DNA of 63,936 nucleotides, filler included, from Basidiobolus ranarum (lineage: Eukaryota), in NCBI GenBank assembly GCA_040143965.1. It is 3 parts of 3 records of this genome, joined end to end, with 100 filler letters (N's around TTAATTAATTAA, not from the genome) between each part and the next. Parts side by side here need not be neighbours in the genome. Positions count along the whole stretch, not along the records: positions 22,471 to 44,753 come from JASJQH010007064.1; positions 44,854 to 63,936 come from JASJQH010007133.1; 1 more part is not named here. One strand, given 5' to 3'. Every line of letters begins with the position of its first letter. The first letter of the stretch is position 1. Positions 40,890 to 54,103 of the stretch are shown one piece after another. The notes beneath the pieces are model-generated. The model did no database searches. It was not told the origin of the DNA and worked only from the letters and a program-made list of their open reading frames with translations. A program made the position numbers and the translations under genes.

Positions 40890-41770
40890 ACTTTTGGTCG
40901 CTAATCACTCAACATAGTATTTATTATAATAAATCCATATCAAGACTAACAATAACCCTAACAATAACCCTCCATCTATATTCGGACGCCAATGAGCCTA
41001 TATATAACCCATCTAAATCTTGCTCTCGATTAACTTGCCCATCTTGGTATGATGAGATTGAGATCAGGAAACCTTCTTTCGGCTTCGCTTTCGGGAGAAA
41101 TGTAGTCTTAGTTTAGTCTCGACGGTGATACGCGCTTTATGACCCAGGTGCTTGTTAGAGATAGACTCCTTAACTAGAGCATATGTTAGTATGGCTGTGG
41201 TTGTGTGAGCTATTTCACAGACCCTTATGTGCGACTATGTCTCTCGATGAGTCACAAGTAGAGCGTCAAGTATGAGCTTGTCACCATATTACCACTACGT
41301 TCATCATGTCAGCTAATATTGTGAAGTTTTGCGTAAGTGATACAAACTGAGTAGTATATGCTTATTCAGAAAGGCGGTTTGAACTTTCGATGTTTTCGCC
41401 ATCAGAGAACCCACATCGGTCTTTTAGCAATCCAATCCTAAGATTCGGAATAGGAAATGTCAATGAGATTTTAGCTTTGGCGAATGAAGCAATCTAAGCG
41501 AATGATGTGACTTCTCCATGGCCAATCCGATTAGAATCAGATGGTGAAAATTTTGTCATTTCAATAGAATCGCAACTATATAAATATTCTTGCGTTACGA
41601 CGGTACGGATACACTGTGATCAATGAGGATACGCAACATTCAACTTGCACAATCCACGCAAAATTCCAAATAATGTCGCAATCTCTCGCACTTGTTCATA
41701 TAAATACCAACCAGAGACCCTCAATAACCTCATCCTTCCCCACGATTCATTCCTTGGGTCCTTTCATACA

Positions 41771-43477
41771 ATGGTGAACTTAAAAGATTCGATTAGCGTG
41801 ACGAGCGGGAGCAGCAACTCCCAAAAGCTCGCTCGCACAATGGGGCTATTCAGCGGAACGGTAAGCATACTACAAGTTGCTGTAATCATGAAATACGATT
41901 GCTAACTTCTATTTAGATGAACATTGTGGGAACCATCATCGGTTCAGGTATTTTCAGTCTTCCAGCTTTGGTTTTCGCTCACGTTGGCTCGCCGGGGATG
42001 GCCATCATTCTCTGGATTCTTGGCGGCATTGTTAGTTTCTCCGGTACATTGGGATACAATGAATTTGGCTGCGTAAGTTTTTCAGACCGAATTTCTTTGG
42101 ATCTCTTTCAATTTACTAACCTATGGTTTGGTAACTTTACAGATGTTTCCTTTCAACGGCGGAGAGAAGGAATATCTCGAGCAATCTTTCAAGAAATCCA
42201 GGAAATTGTTTTCCTTTCTCTTCTGCATGTGTTTGATCATCTTCATTCGCAGTAGTTTTTGTGCGGCTATTTCTACAAATATTGGAAACTACGTCTTATA
42301 TTCTATTTATGGGCCTAGAGAGAGCATCACAGACCCTTTCGTAGTGGAGCATTTTGATTGGATAGCACGTGGAATCGCCTCTGCCTGTCTCATTTTGATC
42401 ACTGTCACCCAGATGCTTTCTACCAAATGGACACTTAGAGTTCAAGACACACTTTCTGTGTTCAAGATTCTGCTCCTTGCTCTTGTCGTGGTTACTGGCT
42501 TTGTTGTGCTTGGAGGCGGAACATCGGTAAAGCCAGTTCTGAAAGCTAGCACCATGTTCGAAGGAACCTCTACTGATCCTACTGACTACACCTGGGCGCT
42601 ATTCAAGGTTTTTGCTGCATACGATGGTAATTTCAGCCCTTTATCAACCATATTTTCTAGAAATTGAAGCTAACTTCATTACTTAGGCTGGAATAACTTG
42701 AATTACAGCATAGAAGAGTTGAAAGACCCAGTTCGCATTCTTCCAAAGGCCACCACCATGGGTTTGGGAGTGGTTGTGGTGCTATATATTCTCAGTAATG
42801 TGGCTTATTTCTCGGCATTGCCATTGGATAAGCTCTTGGCTTCCCAGCAAGTAGTGTCGGCAGAATTCTTCGCTATGGTGTATGGTGTCTCCTTTGGTCA
42901 ACGAGTTCTTCCTATATTCATTGCATTATCAGCATATGGGTCAGTCTCTTGTATGGCATTTGGAGCAGCACGAGTGATTCTTGCCTCGGCACGTGAAGGA
43001 TTTTTACCATTCGGATCGTATCTTGGATCGGTTTCCCGACTAAACACACCAGCATGGGCGTTACTTCTGAATCTAGTCATCTCACTGATCTTAATGCTTG
43101 CACCACCACCCGGTGAAGCCTATAACTTTTTAATTGATATGACTGGATACCCCGCATGGATTTTCTATGGATTATCCATGATTGGACTGGTTTATCTACG
43201 TAAGAAGGAGCCTGGTTTGAATCGACCATTCCGTACATCCATCCTGTTTAGTGGATTATTCATTCTGGTTTCACTGTTCTTGATGGTGTTCCCATTCTTA
43301 CCCCCTTCTAATCACACCGGAACCATCCCTTACTACATGAGTCCATTATTATCGGTAGTATTCATTATACTGTGTATACCAGTCTGGTGGTACAGAGTTG
43401 GTAGACATGTTACTGAAGATTCGATAAGACATCGAGTAGTAGAAGAACATTATGATGCCAAGATTACCACCGCCTAA
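41771..43477 (+). CDS. APC-superfamily amino-acid permease (LAT/Mup1-like)
   Basis: ATG 41771. Motifs MGLFSGT|MNIVGTIIGSGIFSLP, GGEKEYL and AAYDG|WNNLNYSIEELKDP; about 12 TM segments; three introns. Confidence 0.9.
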
Positions 43478-43479
43478 TT

Positions 43480-43585
43480 CCATCCCATCCCATCCCATCC
43501 CATCCCATTCCGTTTCATTTATATATTAATCTTACCTTATATCTTCCCTTCCTCTTCCCTTCCTCTTCCCTTCCTCTTCCCTTTC
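43480..43585. repeat. Pyrimidine-rich microsatellites
   Basis: (CCATC)n followed by about three copies of (CTTCCCTTCCT), 3' of the permease. Confidence 0.9.
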
Positions 43586-44584
43586 TCATTCCCATTTACT
43601 TCCACCTTTTCCCTGTAAAAATTCCTCAATTTAACCATAGATCGAGTGAAAATGTCATTTAATTTTACATTAAATATCATCAATAAATCTATATGTGAAA
43701 TCTAGATTTACGATGAATATATGACCCAGTTTACGAAGTATCGTACCTTAATGGAGTATGGTTATATGTACATATTTAGCATTTAGCATTTTCATTGAAT
43801 TTAATCAATCTAAAGTTTAGTGTTACGGTCATGGCTATGGCTATGACTACATATATTTGAATAGTTAAGATCCATTTTAACTTTCAATTGATTTTTAAAC
43901 TTGAATGAATTTATCTCCAATCTAATATAGGATTCAATGAATTCTCTAAGTTTCTCAATGAATCAATGAACTTTATTAAAAAATGGGATTAGAATGAATA
44001 TGACTTTTATCTCTTCAACAAACTACTTTTACACTAATAGATCAATATTTGCATTTTCTTCATCAATTTTACTACTAGTTATTAAATTAACTTCCATTCT
44101 GAATCCCAATTATACCTATTTTTTTCTTATTAATCACAAAAAGATAAGCTTTTAATGGTATAAGAGCCAAGTAATAGAAGATGAGGAAAATATGCCAACA
44201 CAAGGATGCTGTAATTCATTATAGCAATGACTGCTGAAGAGTGCTAAATATTATGATATTAATTTCACAGTGGGAGTAAATTAAGTCCTGTGATTCCTTT
44301 TTATACCCTTGAGACCTCTTCAGCAATGTTACCAACTCCTGAATAACCCACCTACATATATGATAATTGTTCTGACTTGGTTGGATAATTAATCATTATT
44401 CAGCATCTTAGTTAACTTTAGTTATGATACATATATCAGAAACAGACAGCAACATGTCTATAGCCTCTATAATGTAATTTGAAATATCTCTATATTTCTA
44501 TAACCAGTATGTCTTATTACCCCTACTTATCTATTATCACTTATGACACAAACTCCTGAATATCTCAAATAATTGACTTGGTTC

Positions 44585-44753
44585 TGTTGAAATTAGCATT
44601 GCCTAAACACCTATATAGTCATATATAGCTTAGTACTTGGTTATCTTATAATTCACTAAGATATTATCAATTATTCTCAATCGGAATTTACTTAGAATAT
44701 TTTTACCAACTTAGAAGTTCTCAGATATATAGATTTTTTCAAACTTGTGCTAG
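44585..44753 (-). mobile_element. Partial LTR of the 23.7 kb family, running into the gap
   Basis: TGTTGAAATTAGCATTGCCTAAACACCTATATAGTC... matches 23706 onward. Confidence 0.75.
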
Positions 44754-44853
44754 NNNNNNNNNNNNNNNNNNNNNNNNNNNNNNNNNNNNNNNNNNNNTTA
44801 ATTAATTAANNNNNNNNNNNNNNNNNNNNNNNNNNNNNNNNNNNNNNNNNNNN
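44754..44853. other. Assembly gap with TTAATTAATTAA linker
   Basis: N44, linker at 44798-44809, N44. Confidence 0.98.
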
Positions 44854-45013
44854 AGTTTGAAAAATCTATATATCTGAGAACTTCTAAGTTGGTAAAAATA
44901 TTCTAAGTAAATTCCAATTGAGAATAATTAATAATATCTTAGTGAATTATAAGATAACTAAGTACTAAGCTATATATGACTATATAGGTGCTTAGGCAAT
45001 GCTAATTTCAACA
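44854..45013 (+). mobile_element. Partial LTR of the same family, inverted relative to 44585-44753
   Basis: Ends ...GGCAATGCTAATTTCAACA at 45013; near-perfect reverse complement of the left-flank copy. Confidence 0.75.
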
Positions 45014-46179
45014 ATCTTAACTAACTTATATGTGATATATGAAATAGTTAAGTGTATAAAGATAGAGATAACAAATATGGTAAAGTTCATAAACTTCAAC
45101 AAAAACCATCTTTTATTCCTGTTGTCCAAATCATTTGCAACAAACTCCCTATATTTCAACAATCACAAAGTATGTTACTAGAAAGTACAATTATTAATAA
45201 CTTCATCACATGACAATACCATCACTATGAGCAATGTTACAGGGGAAAGGCATGTTGTATGAACAATTGTGGATATCTCAAAATCAATATGGCTAAGAGC
45301 TAAGCAAATATGAGAGTTTCTCATAAATAAGGTAGCCATGTGACCAAAATGCATATTGTAACAAGTAGCACATTGATAATGTTTCATATTGATGATTTAG
45401 TTAATTTCAACGTTTCTTATGAGAAATATATTCTCATGAATATATTCTAATTCTTATGTGAATCCCAGTCCTAACCCTTAATAGTGCATATAAGACTTGG
45501 TAAAGAACTGTAAACTGTTTGGGAGAGATATTAGTATTTAGATAGAGCAGGTCTTTTTTAAGGACATTAAGTATTGTACTGAAACCGTTATTCAGAATAT
45601 TGCCAGAGTAGTGAGAAAATTAAGATAAATTAGAGGCATTTTGGATTGCTAGTTTCGTCATATCTCAGATATGCAATTTATAATTACGGGGAAACATGAC
45701 GCGTTATGTTATATTCCACTTTAGTGTTAGAATATTCTTTTATGAGGTATAGACGACTTAGCTACTAGGCAACTAGATCTATATCACAATAATGAGTCAA
45801 GTGGTGTGAGAAAGGTCATGGCAGTAATTCGCTATTAAATTGCTACTTTGTTGATTTTATTAAACCTAACATGTGAACCTAACATGATACATATCTGATT
45901 TTCAAATGGATTGCCAAGATGTTGCACAGCATATTTTCATCTAGATTTCTAGTTCTCATTCCAACTTTAGTAAATTCTTCTGTTCAACTATTTTTCTTTT
46001 GTTAGTTCCGAAATTATATATTATTACAATATTAAGGTAACAATCCAAAATAAATAAATATGTATTAGTGGCAAATGGCTGGTTTGGCGTTTTCTAATTG
46101 TTTCGGATTTGTTACTGGCCAAGGAATGGCGTGTTATTATTTCTCATATGGATTGCTACTTGATTGTCGTCTCGAAACA

Positions 46180-46373
46180 ATATTGTGTCTTGGGGGAACA
46201 TCAGGTACTTCACTTAGACTTGATATTGTGTCTTGGGGGAACGTCAGGTACTTTACTTGGATTTGAATGAGCAGATCTTTATATGGGCTCCACAATGAGA
46301 GCCACACGAGAACATAGCGTGGTTAGCTAAATATATGAGAACATAGCGTGGTTAGCTAAATATATGAGAACAT
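46180..46373. repeat. Two short tandem duplications (43-bp imperfect x2; 29-bp perfect x2)
   Basis: atattgtgtcttggggga... at 46180 and 46223; gagaacatagcgtggttagctaaatatat at 46308 and 46337. Confidence 0.9.
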
Positions 46374-46524
46374 TCTATGTACTAGCAAATTACGATCATG
46401 TCGAAGATTTTATTGGTGTACCGAAAGTGCTATTTAGATAAGTGGAGTTAATTACAGGTATTATGGTTAGATTACTTATCAAAATCGCCTATAATGTATA
46501 TATAATGATAACATAAAGCCCAAA

Positions 46525-47463
46525 TTAATACTCCGAAAGAGTATTTTGCATGACTGCCTTTTGGATAGCATCACCAGTAGAGGCATTACCTTGTTCCAAC
46601 GGCATAAAGATAATCTTGGTACCACTGTTCTTACTCATGCTGCTCAACGTCTCCAAATAACGAATTTGCATAGCGGCAGGTGTATTCAGAATCTCTGCTG
46701 CTTCACGCATCAATTTGGCGGAGTCTACCTCGGCTTTAGCTGAAATCACTTTGGATTCTCCAATCCTCTTTTGGGTTGCTGCGCTAGAAAGTGATGTTTG
46801 TAGTTCGGGAGAGAACTCCAGATCCTTGATAAGGATAGACTCGATGGTGATACCCCATTCTCTGGCTGGAATGTCGATGATTTCACGAATGTCATCACCG
46901 ATGGTATCTCGATTCTCGATACAGTCTTGGAGCACACGAGTTCCTAACACTCCTCTGAGCGTAGTTTGAGTACGTTCAATGAGAGCGAGACGAACATCAC
47001 TGATGCCGAAAAGTGATTGATAGGGATCGACTACGTGGTAGTATAGTACAGAATCTATCTTGATGTTAACATTATCTTTAGTCATGATACGAATATCCTC
47101 AATCGCAGCAATCTGTATCTTCACGTCCACTCTATGAAGAGACTCAGTTAAAGGATTGATAGTAACCAGACCAGGATCTACGCATCTGTAGACACGACCA
47201 AATCTTGAAACCAGGCCGACACTACCCTGTTCTATCTCTTTATTTGGATTGGGGAAGCAGAAGCAACCAGGAATTGATCCAAGAGCACCTAAACATTCAC
47301 CAATTGCTTGCATAGAAACACCATAGAACCCAGAAACTGGCTCCACAGGCAAATCTTTAGCAAAGGATTTCTTCATTGCATTCAAGAGTGGCTCTTCGGA
47401 TATAGTGGACGGATCAAAGTTTTGGTTTGAAGCAGGAGCCTGTAGTTTGTTAGAGGAGCTCAT
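46525..47463 (-). CDS. Stomatin / SPFH (band 7) protein
   Basis: GCFCFPNP, GLVSRFGR...PGL, TKDNVNIKIDSV, AQ-like TQTTLRGVLG and AAEILNTPAAMQIRYLETL. Intronless. Confidence 0.93.
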   Translation of the reverse strand: MSSSNKLQAPASNQNFDPSTISEEPLLNAMKKSFAKDLPVEPVSGFYGVSMQAIGECLGALGSIPGCFCFPNPNKEIEQGSVGLVSRFGRVYRCVDPGLVTINPLTESLHRVDVKIQIAAIEDIRIMTKDNVNIKIDSVLYYHVVDPYQSLFGISDVRLALIERTQTTLRGVLGTRVLQDCIENRDTIGDDIREIIDIPAREWGITIESILIKDLEFSPELQTSLSSAATQKRIGESKVISAKAEVDSAKLMREAAEILNTPAAMQIRYLETLSSMSKNSGTKIIFMPLEQGNASTGDAIQKAVMQNTLSEY

Positions 47464-47792
47464 GATTACTGATTACTGCTTGCTGATTATATGGCTTGGT
47501 TTGATTTACTTGAATTTACTCTGACCGGCATTGTCGAATTGTTATATACATATATGAACTATGATTTGATTGGTTACTAATAAAACGAATGTCGCAGTGT
47601 TACCATTGGCAGAGTCAAGTCCTAGTTGCACATGCGCATGTTTAGTCGTCAAAAAAGAAACATCAAATATGGAACTCTATTTCCGCATCTGGCGTCACTG
47701 ATTATTCTTAATTCTATAATCAGATCCTGTCAAACAACGGAGTGATTGTAGCATAGGTATATACGTATCTGTGTTATACTATTCTATTGTAC

Positions 47793-47875
47793 GTAAACTG
47801 ACCATGCAATCCAAAATCTAGCCATAATCGAGTAAAACTGACCATGCAATCCAAAATCTAGCCATAATCGCGTAA
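47793..47875. repeat. 40-bp tandem duplication
   Basis: aaactgaccatgcaatccaaaatctagccataatcg occurs twice. Confidence 0.92.
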
Positions 47876-48972
47876 AGTCAAGGTAGTCATGACTCGATAT
47901 TCTCATTGGATAGTGATATAGATAAAGTAACAATAGCTAGATAACTAAATACGACAAATGGTCAACGGTCTATGAGTAAAGGCTGACTTCAGGATGGTGC
48001 ACTAAATAGAAATCAATATTTTGTAGAAGGTTATATTTAGGTAAAGATTGGTAGCATCTGGTGAATGTATCCATGAGTACAGCGCCACCTCTCCACTTTG
48101 TCCAAATCTATCTAAATCTAGACCTTGCTCAGTTAGCCTTGTTCAGTTAGAGCGCGATGCTTTTGTGAGTTACTAATACTGTCATGGGTTATATGATGGA
48201 AATTGGCTTGCAACACAGAATGTTCCTGATGTATTTGATTGATTTGGCTAAGTATTTAGCTTAAAGCCAATCTGCGCTTGCGCCTATAGTCGGTTATTTT
48301 CTCACAAAGTATACATAGTAATGGAAAGACTAGGTAAGCAGTCAATTTCCAAGAGTTTTACAATCAGCAATTTTTAAGAGTTTAGCAGATATGTTAGTTG
48401 GTCAGGAAGGCAATATTGCAAATCAGCTTTTTGCTTATTGTTCATATGTAAGGAACAGTTATTGCTTATCAGTATGTGTATATAATGCGCAGGTTCTAAA
48501 TGCTGATTGCATAATACTGAAGTAGCTCTTTTGAGATAAAATTTAATACAAAGTTAACAGCAAATCTGGCATGCATTGCTATTCATTTTTCTATAGTTTT
48601 AAGAAGGAATTGTTCCAGATTCTTAGTAGCTTCATTCAAGAAATAGCTTGTACAATAAATTTCAAGAATATAATATTGTATGCTTCTGTGTAATCTCCTC
48701 TTAAATACTTCAAATTTCTCCAACATCTCCAAGACTTCAGTAGCTATTCTCTCTTGACATCAGGAAAATATTGACCTAGGTATTCTTGAATTTTCTACCA
48801 AGTCACTATAGTTAGTAATCCTGACTTAATTCTGCATCCTATTTTGTATTAAGATTACACTGAGTTGGCACCTTTCCTCCTCTTAATTGTTACTATACTT
48901 CAAATCCATATCCAACTGATAATATAATCTACATACCCAGCATACATGAGGATATCTATATCTAAGTACAAT

Positions 48973-49275
48973 CTATGGACAGGCATATTCGAATATATGG
49001 TTAAAGAGTTTGATAAGCATAAAAAGCGCATGGTCAAATGGACAATGATTTATTTTAAAAATCCTCAAGGAAGAAATGCTTAAAATAATAAAGACACATT
49101 CTTGCTCATAGATGGCATTTAGAACAGTTGCCACACCTGCATTCACTGTCTTTATGCAATCAGGTGCGTGTGCCTTAAGAGTGCCCTGAACCTTCAGATT
49201 CTGTAGATTACCAAGGTGTTGGCTTACAGATGCGGCTGAGGCAAGTGAGGCGAAAAGAAGGATTATAGACTTCAT
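48973..49275 (-). CDS. Small secreted protein or gene fragment, unknown function
   Basis: MKSIILLFASLASAASV signal peptide followed by a Cys-containing segment. The 3' end is unclear (intron or truncation by the adjacent CpG-free block). Confidence 0.35.
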   Translation of the reverse strand: MKSIILLFASLASAASVSQHLGNLQNLKVQGTLKAHAPDCIKTVNAGVATVLNAIYEQECVFIILSISSLRIFKINHCPFDHALFMLIKLFNHIFEYACP

Positions 49276-50880
49276 TATTGATAGCTGGGAATACATGTAA
49301 GCACGCTTAAATAGATAAATGATATCTCATGCGTAGATACTGTATCATAATCCCGGGAAGCTAGGTTACGAGAGTACCGTATTTGATCTTAACCAATTAT
49401 GTTTCAGCCCAATCGATATTGATACAAGGGATATGAGCAGCATGTTATACAAATAAACAGTGTATTCATGTATCCTAACCCTAACCCATGTACCCACGAC
49501 TAATCAGGTCCAATGATCTCATACTGGTAATACAATAAGTGACACTTCAGAAAATGCGAATGACTAACATATTGTGAAGGAACACGACGTCAACATGATC
49601 TAAGTTGTCACTTGGTATGGATGGTCAGAAAGCTACGATATCATCCCCACCAAGAAAAAAGATGGGATAGTGTTGTTGCTGGCAGAGCGAATGTATGATT
49701 CTCTAGAGATAACACGTCAAGTAATTTAATGGCCAAATCTATTCAGCCCTACTCCTCTCATCACAATGATAAGAGGTACCTAATTAACTTTACCAGCTTT
49801 TAAACTGAATTAGGAATATAGAAAAACAGTCAATTATTCTATTGTTTAGTATTTCTTATTGTAGTTACAAAATTCTTCTATGCTTTACAGTTTGACTTGG
49901 TTAATCTGAACTATTGTTTGATAAAATCTGACTGGTAGTCATGAAATTGATAAAAGCCCAATTCCTCACTATTGTGTTGACTATAACCACTCGAGTGATG
50001 TAGCTGCTGTAATCTGGAATATATAAGTATTAATTTGCTAATTACTAAAGTGTATATCCCCTATACCGCTACCACTTTCGATATTTCTAGTGTAGTAAGC
50101 CTGAATAGCGTCACCCCCACCATTGCTAACTCTACTAGCCAGAAACTTCTATCGCATTGTAGGTATGCTTCTCATTTTCAACCACTGATTAAGTCCAGCA
50201 GTATTTTTCGCAGAGAGTACAGAAAGAAGGCACATTATTGGAATTCGTAATGTTGTAGAAAGCATACAGTGGCTTCTATAGGATGCAATCAGATCATACC
50301 ACTTTCTATTACCCTACTAGTCTCATGTACTGTTTTGGTTCAGGTAATCAAAGGTAAACGACGCACTGGGAACGAGAGTAATTCTAATCACTCACTGTAG
50401 CGATAAATTTTGTGTACAGATGAAAAACCCAGGAACCACAAATTTAGTTTTGACTTTTGGACTTGAAAGTACGCAAGTCTCAGTGCTTCGTCAATCATCG
50501 CCAGAAAAGTAATAACCTATATAAGAAGGCTCATGGTATAAAAGTTGAAACATTGATCAATTTGTTAGCGAAGCAGTAAATATATTTGTAAGCAATAAGT
50601 ACTTGCATTATTACTACATGACTGCCAGTCATATTCAAGGTTGTTGTGAAGGACTTGCTTACTGTGATTATTGTATTCAATACGTAATTAATACTTGTCC
50701 TATTCTTCGAGGATTAAGAAGCATCATTGAAAACCAATCGATCAGATGAATGCCGGGATCAATGGCAGCAATCCGTATATATCATATTTATCCGGATAAT
50801 TCAAGTTGTGGATAATTCCTCTATTGAAAAGCGCAACTCCTGCTGTTGTATGAAAAATTATTATCCAAAAGAATTCTATC

Positions 50881-51348
50881 ATAACTGAGCCTTTCCGTAT
50901 TGTTGGCATTTGTGGCGCTCTTCGCAAGGATTCTTGGAATGCGAAGCTCCTTCTAGAAGCCCAAAGATTGGTTCCTGAAGGATCTGTGGTGAGGATTATC
51001 GATTGGTCTGAACTTCCAATTTACAATGGTGATCTTGAAGAGCCACCAAAAACGGTTATAGATTTCAAAAACACAATTACCGCACCGCCAACTCAACCTT
51101 ATGCTTTGATGAGTGCCCGGTCAGGCGTTTATCCTGGTTCTAGTGGTAGCCATCGTGCTCAACTCCATTTACAGCAGGTACTTAATATTCTTGACACACA
51201 CCTTGTTAGCCTACCGAAAATCTGTGCTACCGGTGCTGGGGCAGCTTTCGATGAAGCTACTAGTGAGTTGACCAGTAATCATACTCGTCAGAATGTAGCC
51301 CTTGAGCAGAATTATCTTGTCAGTTTTGCAAAGAAACTCAAACAGTAA
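50881..51348 (+). pseudogene. NAD(P)H-dependent FMN reductase / chromate reductase (ChrR/SsuE-like) pseudogene
   Basis: The frame reads (ATA)TEPFRIVGICGALRKDSWNAKLL...WSELPIYNGDLE..PKTVIDFKNTITA then directly PPTQPYALMSA...GSHRAQLHLQQVL...AFDE. No ATG is present, and the family's central PEYN...LKNAIDW segment is absent. Confidence 0.75.
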
Positions 51349-54103
51349 TTGGCCGATTCTATACATATCATCAAATGTTTGCAACAATTCAATAGCAAAC
51401 TTATCGCTACTTTCTGAAGTCACAAAATATCACCATTCATACCCATGAATTAATTTAAATGTGATCATCAAAATTCTACTTTATTATATCAGACAATCTA
51501 AGAGTAACGTGGATGAAATTACTACTTAAAGTGGTGTCAATACATAGGTTGCACACTTGGATGACATTCTTTCCAGTGTAAGATTTCATGGCAACTTTGG
51601 GTATACTACAATGAATGAGGCCAAGTTAATAACAAATACATGCTTTGACGGCTCTGTTGAATAATGTGTACTAATATAATAACAATAATGTCAAGTATTA
51701 GGAATCAAAGTGTTGGTATCAGGACTGACTATTATCGATCACAGTTGATGCCTTTTTTAGCATAGTGATTTAACTACTCATAGTAATTGATCAGTCGTTA
51801 ATGAGGAATCACATGACCCAGGGATGTTACAAGTATGTTTCAAAATGATCAACTTACAGACAAATTATTATCGGTGTTTTTCGGTTCAATTTAATATATC
51901 GATAATCAATGATCACAATATTTTTGAACGAGATCGAGCATTGTGCCGTATATAGTCATCCAGGTACCATCATGTAGAATGCTCTACCAAATTCTCGTCT
52001 ACTAGCATTAAGTATATGCAAATATATCACTTCATCTATTACAAATATTGCCCAAAAATTGAATACATTCAGCAACTCTGACTAATGACTGAGTATAGCA
52101 CGGTTGCGTAAAGTGGTTTAGTCTACTAGCCAACAAAAAAAGTAAGCACATAACATTATTTCGAGTACTTTGAATATAGCGTAAAAGAGGTAGAGCAATT
52201 ATGGCTAATTCTAAGCATGCTGATCAAGACAGATGATAACTGTGTTGTAGCATAAGGCAGAAAATCCCTGGCTAAACCATATACTTAGGGTAGTAATGAT
52301 TTCGTTGAAATAGCAAGATTTTCAGTCGCAAAAACATACCTACTGGGGGTGCATCATATCTGTTAGTACTAAAAGAAATATGTTCAAAGGCTTCGGAATG
52401 CAAATGATGGGTGTATCTCGCAAAGTACTCAGTTTGTGATAATTAAGGAAAGGTTTGCTGGATATAGATTGGTTTAGAGTAAGATTTGCTACATCTCCCT
52501 CACAGTTGCATGGTTTATTAAACTGTGATATTGACGCCTAATTCAGTAAACCTTGACCAGATTTCATTGCATCACTTCCAGCTTTGATTTCGGTTCAAGC
52601 GAATACTGTATTCCTGTTAGATATCCATCATTTGACTGTTAGAATATTGTTTTCTCTCATAGGAGACGACCGCGTCTCTTAGTTTCATCCCAACCCCTGT
52701 CCTTATTAGCGCAACAAAGAATCACATGGTTGGGCCTCAATTGGTTTGAATGCAGTCAAAGTGGTGGCTGTATAGAACGGAAGCTAGACTAGAAAAGATT
52801 TAGTAGGTAAGCGACGAAATAGTCGAAGACAATTCAAATCAAGTACATATCGATATGGTTACAGGTGTGAGTCATTAAAATTACGAAAAACACTCTATTG
52901 TCGGTAAAGGAAGCAAATCATATATCCTGTTGGAGCATTGTTTGCTTAAAGGAACAACTGAACAGAAAACTCCCCCCCCCTACAATATTGCTGGATGATT
53001 ATTTCGCCTTGATACAAATCCTAGAATCCATTCCTATCCCTATTATGGTTTATGGTAATTCTCTAAGTAATTCTCACTTTCGATTTTAAGCGTGTTATAA
53101 TAGGTTTATCTGCTGGGAAAAGGATCTACCAATTTTACGCATGACAGTGAAGTCTATTTACTAGTCTATTTGCCTACATAGTTCTAAATTAGTATAAGAA
53201 ATCAACAAGCATGGTTACCTTTTCTGGAAGCAATTCTGTATCAACCATTTCCTCTCCTTTTGGTGGCAAATATTATTCACACGTGTACAGATAAGGTATA
53301 CTTACTGGTACTTTAGACTACTCCAAGCTATGGAACTCAAAAATGGAATACTTGGATCAGAAGTAGAGTTGCCTTCAACCCTTAACTCTCCAAAAGCAGC
53401 ACACCGATATGTCCAGGAAGGGCAATAACAAATAGAAATGTGATGAGCTGATTAGAGTTAAAGAAAAGTTTGAGGACTGGAAATGTTAAGGTTAAGATAG
53501 CTAGGGCTAAGGTATGACTGGGGCTCAGAATAGGAAATTCCACCACGAATACTCTACGAATTTGGAGTGGCTCTACTTGATTTTAATGGCCCAAGAAGGT
53601 CGAGTCCGGCTTCATTCAAGGAAAACGTCGGTGAAAGTTGCACTACTGACACGAGCTTGGTAGAGAAGGGCAGATATGTTATTACCCAACTCTCGAATCC
53701 GGTTATTTTGCGCAAACCTCACATCCATCAACGATGTAAAAAGTTTATCCAGGAAATTTGATTGGCTCAGCAAGATAGTAAATAAACTGACCAAATACAC
53801 ACACCCAAGGGAGAGGAAACAAAAACCAAAAAACCAAGTTGAAATAACCCCAAGAAAATAATCAATCGCACAGAAATAATGCAGGCGAATTAATATGGAA
53901 TCAGACACCAATCGACAAATATAAAAGACAACGGAACTGACGATGATACCGCAAACTAATGGAAAAGTCCTATACTCTCAACGTTGTATTCGCCCTACCA
54001 AGCGATAACTCTTTTGGTGAATCAATTTCAGGCTAATTGCATTCTCCACATAAACCTTGAGAACTTTCTCCGAACCTAATCACCTTCAATCAGTATATTC
54101 GCA

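Noticed and set aside
44585-45013. Apparent single TIR element or hairpin spanning the gap
   Set aside because: Both contigs simply end in the same repeat family. The flanks (gttc / atct) show no TSD and the true content of the gap is unknown.
46308-46373. CRISPR-like 29-40 bp direct repeats (also 47793, 58947)
   Set aside because: Only two adjacent copies with no spacers, no cas genes, and a eukaryotic context.
48540-48960. Possible retrotransposon Gag remnant on the minus strand (TW*KIQEYLGQYFP...)
   Set aside because: Too degraded to assign by eye; only the CpG depletion supports a repeat origin.
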